Below are positions 57,701 through 64,000 of a stretch of 64,000 bases of DNA, one piece after another (the first letter of the stretch is position 1; each line of letters starts with the position of its first letter). The stretch is from Moniliella sp. 'wahieum'. Its lineage: Eukaryota. The stretch lies in NCBI GenBank assembly GCA_003971905.1, contig RSEE01000014.1, forward strand, positions 620,001-684,000, read 5' to 3'. Both the position numbers and the translations under genes were made by a program. The notes under the pieces are model-generated. The model was given only the letters and a program-made list of their open reading frames with translations. It did not search any database and was not told the origin of the DNA.

Positions 57701-58620
57701 AAGGTGGTAACTGGGTCTGTTGCTGCTGAGCCTGCTGCACCACCTGGGCTTGCTGTGCGCGGCTAGCTAACAAGGCCACCATGGCGGCCATGTATTGTTT
57801 GTGCTGTTGCATAGCCGGGGTGAGGGGTACCTGGTTGGGGGCATGCCCGGCTGCAAGCCCAAAAATGGGTGAAACCCTGCAACCGCGTGAGGCGCAGTGG
57901 AAGTCGAGGGAGAGTGTGGACTGGGATTGACGCTGTTGAACAAGGCAGCAACTGAACCCCACACATTGTTGCTAGCCGCCAGGTTGGGCAACGACTGGGG
58001 GAAAGGAAACCCCTGGCCTGGGTGCTGCATTGGCGCTGAGGGTTGGCTCAAACTTGGGCCGATTGGGACAGGCATCGGTGCATGCAGGGGTGTCACGGGC
58101 GCAGTATGGGACGACCCCATATGGAAGGTGGGAGGCTGGCCCGCCATCAAGGCATGGAATGGAACAGACGTGGTGTGCCTGCTTCGGAAGCCTCAGCAGG
58201 GTCTGTTCCGACGATGGGGGAAGTTGCAGCTCTGCCTGTTCGGGCGTAGAATCGAGGCCAACGTCAGTGTCGAGCAGGTCGGAAAAGGACATGGTGCCAA
58301 ACACATCTTCATCCGCCTGCGCATGGGCGGATGGAGGTGAGGCAGACGAGGGCGTCGCGTCAGAACCGGAAGGGATGGAAGGCGCCGCCATGCGCAGCGC
58401 GAAGGGCGGCAGCTTGGTGCATGGCACGCTCAGAGAGCTGACGCTTGGACGCAGTCGACAGTCGAGAGCGGGAGCGAGGGGGGGGTACCGCTGGAGCGGG
58501 GTCCGCGGGCGTGGAAGAGGAGGATGCAGAACCGGAAGCGGGTGCTGCCGCCAAGGCAGATGGGGACAGAGAGACGGACGCGGAGGCAGAGATAGATGAG
58601 TTCTCCAGGCCAGCGCCCAT
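54728..58620 (-). CDS. areA: AreA/Nit-2/Gat1-type nitrogen-regulatory GATA factor; intron 57223-57315
   Basis: Spliced DUF1752 motif [45 protein letters not shown]-terminal finger CTNCQTTKTP(L)WRR...[31 protein letters not shown]; start uncertain (58620 or 58391). Confidence 0.9.
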
Positions 58621-59559
58621 GGCAAAGCGGTGGTCGTAGTGGTGGGGGAGAGGAGGAGGAGGAGTCTGATGGTGGGACGGGTGGCTGCCCTCCCAAGCGT
58701 ACTCTCTGCGCCCCGCCGGCATGGCGACGACGCAGGGTAGCAGGCGGGCATAATACTGACTCGGAGCATCGCAGCCAAGGCTTGGGGCGTGGCTGCCCCT
58801 GTGCGGGGGCGAGCGGCGAGAGACGGACACACTGGCCGGATGGCGCATGATGTGTCCGGTGGTACCCGGGCGGCCGACACTGGTGGGCTGCGGTGTGGAG
58901 AGCCCTGGCAGTTGGGCCTCCAAGTAGCGGCGGGGGTGCAGTCTTCGGCCCTGCCCCTCGGCCCGGACGGCAGCAGACTGCAGCGGGGTGCCCTGGGGTG
59001 CCCTGGGGTGCTGGTGCGCAGCGCACGGCCCCTGCCAGACCCTGGGTGCAGCACACGGCCAGTGCTGGAAGCCGCCCCAGGTGGCGAAATGCAGCACCCA
59101 GACCCTAGCTGTCGCCATCACATGTGACACATACGTAGCCGTACACAGGGCATGTGCCTGGTGTCTTTCATCAATTTCAGATGGCACACGCAGTAGGGCA
59201 GAGGAAATAATTATCTTATCACGTTCTAGGGCCACCGTCCAGCGCATCGTCCTCGCAAGTGAAATGGAAACGCAGCCGCCAGAGAAGCGGTGCGATCGCC
59301 ACCACCCAGGCGGGGACCGCATTGCATATTTATTGGACAGGAGGATGCAGCGAGTAGATCGGACTCTAATACCAGCAGCGCTATATCAGCACATCCCCTA
59401 TCCATGCGAATACAGTAGCATTCGCATCAAGACAAGAAAGCGAGAGACGAGAAGGGTGCAGCTGTGTGTGGTCTGTTGTACCCGAGACGCTCTAATAAAA
59501 GGCCCAGCTCGTGTGCAAACCCTCTTCCCTTTTTGATGTATCACTTGCTCTTAAGAAAT

Positions 59560-59910
59560 GCTAAGCGCTAAGCTCGCAATCAAGCCCACAGTTGCCGCAT
59601 GCATTGCACCAAGAGCTGCATCAACATGTAACAAGGGTGCCATAATTATGCTTCGAATCGGCATGATTGGAATCATCGGTGACTATCATCTGTCATCGAT
59701 CAGCAACTGTGACATGTGACATGTGACGCGTGACGTGTGATCAATGATTGATGATCACCTAGATCACCGCGTTGTATTCGTGTCTTGCAACAAAGACATG
59801 GACTCCTGTCTTTATATATGCTTTCCAGCCACACTCTCGACCCCCTCGCGAAAATCGATTACCACCTCTCCGGCATCAAGCTCTTCAAGCTTCAGGTGAA
59901 GCTTCAGGGA
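59560..59910. repeat. Heptamer palindrome lattice upstream of areA
   Basis: taagcgctaagc (59562), tgtgacatgtgacatgtgacgcgtgacgtgtga (59708-59740), tcaagcttcaggtgaagcttca (~59885). Confidence 0.8.
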
Positions 59911-60258
59911 CCACCGATGGCAGCAGGCTTGCCCTATTCCGGGCATGCAAGGTGTAATCCATATTACTCGGCAGCGCTGTGAAGCTTGAAAAAGGAGTAA
60001 TGTGTAGAGAATTGAGAGACGAGTAATAATAAAAGTCGCCGGGAGACACTTGAGAAGCTAGGGCCTCTGAGGTCTTCGGATGATGAAGCTGGTTAATAAG
60101 ATCATTCTGATTCCAGTTGATTGACCTGTTTGGTGCATGCATTGTCCCAGACCGAGTCAAGAATATAGCTGGCAGGGATGTCCACACGAGCATTCTGGTG
60201 TTGCGGAGAGGCGGAGGCAAGCTGAGAGGCGGAAGCTGACCGACACATCTACTAAACG

Positions 60259-62043
60259 TTAAACCTTGGGTTTTTTCGTCTCGGACTCCGCCACTTCTTC
60301 TCCTCCACCCGCCCGCTTCTTGGCCTCTGCGCTCGTCTTAGCCTGCCCAACCAGTGGCGGCGGCGGTGCCCCGGCTCTCCAGGTCAACTTGCTAGCCCAG
60401 TGGTCCTCGCGCAGGCGAGCCTGGCCTACACCATACAAGTGCTCACGGGCAGTAAGACCAACCGTGGTCCCCTCGCCAAATCCAGGCTGGCCCGTGTGCT
60501 TGCGTGGAAGCGGCACCCCCGTTGAAGTCGGGTAATCGTCCCAGACGTGGCCCCGACGCTGCAGTTCGGGAACAAGCTTATCGACGAGCGCGACTTGGGT
60601 ACCAGGTGTCACGGCATAGGCAAAGTTAAACCCATCCACCCCAGCCTCGGTTACCCAGCGCTCCAGCGCATCCGCCACCTTTGTCACCGACCCACGCACG
60701 ACCGGACCCAGGCCTCCCACCGTCAGCTGCTCCGCCACCGCCCGCTTGGTCCACCGGCCCACCTCAGGCGCATTCTTGGCAAAACCCTCGACGGCAGATT
60801 GAATTGCGTTGCCCTTGCTGCCTGGTGGCGCCAGCTCCTCATCATCGTCATAGCCCGACAAATCGATCCCCGTCCATCCACCAAACAGGGCCAGGGCGCC
60901 CTCCCCGCTGCCTTGCTCAACCCAAGCCTTGTATTGCTCTTCTGCCTCCTCATCCGTTTCGGCAACAATGACTGTCAGCAACGCCAGCACCTTGATCGAA
61001 TCCTCTTCCCGTCCTGCATCTTTGGCTGCCTGCCGTGCTGCATCGACCCGTTTCTTGGCCAGCTCGGGCTTGTGGGCGGCAATAAAGATGGCCTCGGCGT
61101 GTTTTCCAGCAAAGGCCAGACCCGGACCAGAGGAACCCGCTGGAAAATGAGCGGAGTACGCTGGGCACTGGGATGAACCAAGTGGGGACCGGGAACGTGA
61201 GGGTAGTGCTCACCCTAAGTTAAGATACAGAGGCCAACAGGGTCAGCAAAATTGATCTATATAGGATCAACAGTATAGCAAGCTGAAACGGAAGATCTCC
61301 TGAAAGACGTACCCTGTGATTGATCTGGCGTACCCGCTCGGGCCGCGTATAAATCTTCTTAGCCACGTCCAACGCCACAGCATCGTCTGCCAGCTCCCCT
61401 CCCACCTTAAAGACCACATCGAGGTACTCTGTTTCCGAGAGAAGGTTTTGATGTGTCATTTGTTAGATGCACGGTACAAAAGTAACAAAGGAGGGGGTGC
61501 AAGACCTCATCACGTACCGTGAGCAATTTCGTAGCGCTTCGCATGTAGCTCATTGCTTTCGCTCCCAAAGTTGCGAGCAGCCGAGTCCAGGTAACCCGTG
61601 ACCACGTTCCATCCCACCCGACCATTGGTCAGATGATCCAGTGTGGAAAAACGGCGAGCCAGCGCATACGGGTGCTCAAACGAGGTAGTTGCCGTCACGC
61701 CAAAAGTAAGGTTGGACGTGACGTGGGCCATCGCACTGACTACCAACTGAGGATCGGTAACAGGGAACTGGGCCCCGGAACGAAGCGCAGCATCGAGAGA
61801 GCCGCCGTACACGTCGTACCCTCCCCAGACGTCGGCAAGAAAGAGGCCATCAAATTTGCCTCGCTCCAAGAGCTGGGCCAAGTCGGTCCAGTAGCCCAAC
61901 GTGTCAAAGTTGCTGGACTTATCCCCGTTGGCAGTCCACAGCCCAGGCGACTGATGGCCAGCGCAGGACATGTCGAACGCATAGAGAAGCCAACGCTTCT
62001 CCGACTTGGGGGAGGGGGCAGCAATCGTAGCGGAGGGCGCCAT
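60259..62043 (-). CDS. NtaA/SnaA/DszA-family FMNH2-dependent luciferase-like monooxygenase; introns 61429-61517 and 61215-61312
   Basis: GHQSPGLW, YWTDLAQLLERGKFDGLFLAD, EHPYALARRFSTLDHLTNGRVGWNVVTG, PSAQRTPLIFQ, FGGWTGIDLS, VDGFNF, LVPELQRRG. Confidence 0.93.
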
Positions 62044-62677
62044 TTCGTTGGTCAGAAGCAGCCGTAAAGCGGAGCAGAGTGGTGATTTTATACACGAACT
62101 TTCCTGTACTTCATGGAGATAATCTGGCGGGATCGGTATGGTCCGTGCTACAAGCTCGTGCTAAGCGAGATGGACGAATAATATAGGAAAGCAAGGGAAT
62201 AAGGAAGTGACTAACCCTAGAGTATATCAGTGTTGGTCAGATGGGTGCATGACACTGCGCTTGTGCCAGCCCGCATCAAACGGCCTTCACGATTGCGCCA
62301 TCCCCAAAGATGTTGTGATCCGACAGCTATTATATGATTCTGGTCGACACGGTTTTGATGCAGTGAATTACCGGTATGCCCGCATGTTCGGCACTTCAAC
62401 GTCGGCAACCGTTCCTTACGTGTCTATTGATTCCGATCGATGACGCGGATGACGAGATAGGCCTCACCTCGCTGGTCTTCAAGTGTCACTCGCACTTCGC
62501 CTCACTTGTCACTTCTAGTCGCTCGCATTCCTATCTATACTACCGAGGAAGACAGCTTGGAGTCCATCAATGTGAAAAAGGTGCATTTTCACATGTACAT
62601 AGCAGCAACATAACCGGATAATTCTTGTTAGCGGCTCGCAAGAAAGGATATGGGGCCCCACACTTGGAAGATCCCCC

Positions 62678-63974
62678 TCACAAGTAGGTTTGGGCGAGAC
62701 GCTGTTCAAGGTATTTGTCGGTCACAACTGGACCGTACTTCGGCTTCTCGCCCGGCGCGACACAGGTAGACAAAACTTCGACGCAAGTGTCTGGGTTGGG
62801 GTTGGTGAAAAAGGGAATCGAGTAGCGGCGAGGGGTGTGGGTCGCTGCGGGGTCGTCCAGCGGAGGTGCTGTGACGCGGTGCACGGTCGAGACCAGCACA
62901 TTGTTGGACCAACGCGAGAGCAGGTCTCCCACGTTGATCACAATCGTCCATCAATCGGCGGGGCATTCACCCACTCGCCCGTTTTGGGATCCCGCACTTG
63001 CAGTCCCGGCCCACCCTGGATGAGGAGCGTGAGCGACCCATAGTCGGTATGTGCCCCGCCCGATTCGTTTCACGAGTGTCCGCATCCACCACCTCCACCT
63101 CACTCACAGGAGTGGGAGGGTAATGGAGTAGGCGAAGAGTGTGCCACTCCTTGTCGCACTTTTTGTCAAAGAAGGTGGGGTCAAGCCCCAACCCGACAGC
63201 AATGGCACGAAGGACTTCAAGATGGAGCACGTCGAGCTCATGGCGGAGCTCCAGCATGGTGTTTCGGAACTCGGGGAGTTCTGCGTCGGTAGGCCAAAAG
63301 TTGGTAAACTCCGGATCAATCTCCCGTCCAATCTCGAGGCTCTCCTTGACGTCGGGCGCAGCCTGGCGCAACTTGGCAATCTCTGCCTCGTCCGTTACGT
63401 TCGTGACACGTTCCCGTCCGGTCGCCACGTACCCACGATTGGCCCGGGGAGCTTAAGTGGACAAAATGGTCAGCACACGGTCGTAGGCACCCGAATGAAG
63501 GGAGATGAGGGGAAGTGGAGAACATACAGCGCCATGCCAGCCGGTCTTTGATTTGTTGGTCCAACTCAAAGAACTTGGCAGATAGATCAAAGGCCCGATC
63601 AATCAGTTTTTGGTCGACACCATGATCAGACAAGTAGGCAAAGCCGGAATGTTTGAAGGCGTCTGTCAAATCTTTGGCCACTTGGCCTGTTCCGCCGCAT
63701 CGGTCGCTTTCAAAAAGCGGGCAAAGGGGATAACGGGGATGAGCGGTTCACTCTTGGTGGACTGTGCCAGGAAGCTCGTTTTTGAGGCAGAGAACGGCGA
63801 GAGGCGAGAAGTGTGGAGCGGCCGTTGCGGCACGAATGCGAGTGGGGCAAGGCGCGGTGCTGACAGTGAGTAGCTCGGGCGGGGCAAGGCGAACGAAAAG
63901 GGGGATCGGGTGGCCAGTGCATGGGCTGGGCGAGTAGCGGCCGGAGTGGAGCGTGCGATCAAGGGAGCCAGCAT
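62678..63974 (-). CDS. 2OG-Fe(II) dioxygenase (isopenicillin N synthase/DIOX-like family); intron 63452-63527
   Basis: [35 protein letters not shown](T)[26 protein letters not shown] and RYSIPFF (HxD...H...RxS); start near the window edge. Confidence 0.92.
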
Positions 63975-64000
63975 GGTCACGGCCGTGGAGTTGGAGGTGG

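Noticed and set aside
59760..60240. Transposase relic (CLVHAL-like motif); similar faint SWIM-like VTCKC at ~19440
   Set aside because: Only isolated short motifs among many stops; not enough to call
337..63974. Mass pseudogenisation or programmed frameshifting suggested by frameshifts in almost every gene
   Set aside because: Shifts hit essential conserved genes (SEC7, CAP2, areA) with otherwise intact motifs, are single-base and often sit in homopolymers; this fits long-read indel error
40562..63974. Secondary-metabolite gene cluster built from the four oxygenases
   Set aside because: No PKS/NRPS/terpene backbone gene, and the oxygenase pairs are separated by housekeeping SEC7 and areA

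Overview
Eukaryotic (fungal) genomic DNA, GC-rich, with short GT-AG spliceosomal introns carrying CTRAC-type branch points. Gene content and protein motifs point to a basidiomycete, plausibly Ustilaginomycotina (inference). Nearly every gene, including essential ones, has scattered 1-bp frameshifts, best explained by an unpolished long-read assembly, so many CDS ends are approximate. About 19 protein-coding loci are recognisable: a divergent Drs2-like P4-ATPase, a C2H2 transcription factor, an ABC1/ADCK kinase, an ERp38/TigA-type PDI, capping protein beta (CAP2), a SYLF/Ysc84-domain protein, NDUFA4/B12D, a VAP/Scs2 protein, an Nha1 antiporter, an orphan gene, a nitronate monooxygenase, a cytochrome P450, a small mitochondrial-type protein, a stand-alone restriction-like endonuclease ORF, Sec7, an AreA/Gat1 GATA factor, an NtaA/DszA-family luciferase-like monooxygenase and a 2OG-Fe(II) dioxygenase. 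No rRNA, tRNA or CRISPR array was seen. The four most unusual signals are: (1) a ~1 kb unit at ~45250-46230 encoding only the PD-(D/E)XK restriction-like endonuclease of CRE/R2 retroelements, with no RT or zinc knuckle, flanked by hairpins; (2) a pervasive intergenic 7-bp lattice of T-N-A plus a variable 4-bp palindrome; (3) a P4-ATPase whose catalytic DGET and PISL motifs are replaced; (4) a 25 x 27-bp coding repeat on the C-terminus of Sec7.
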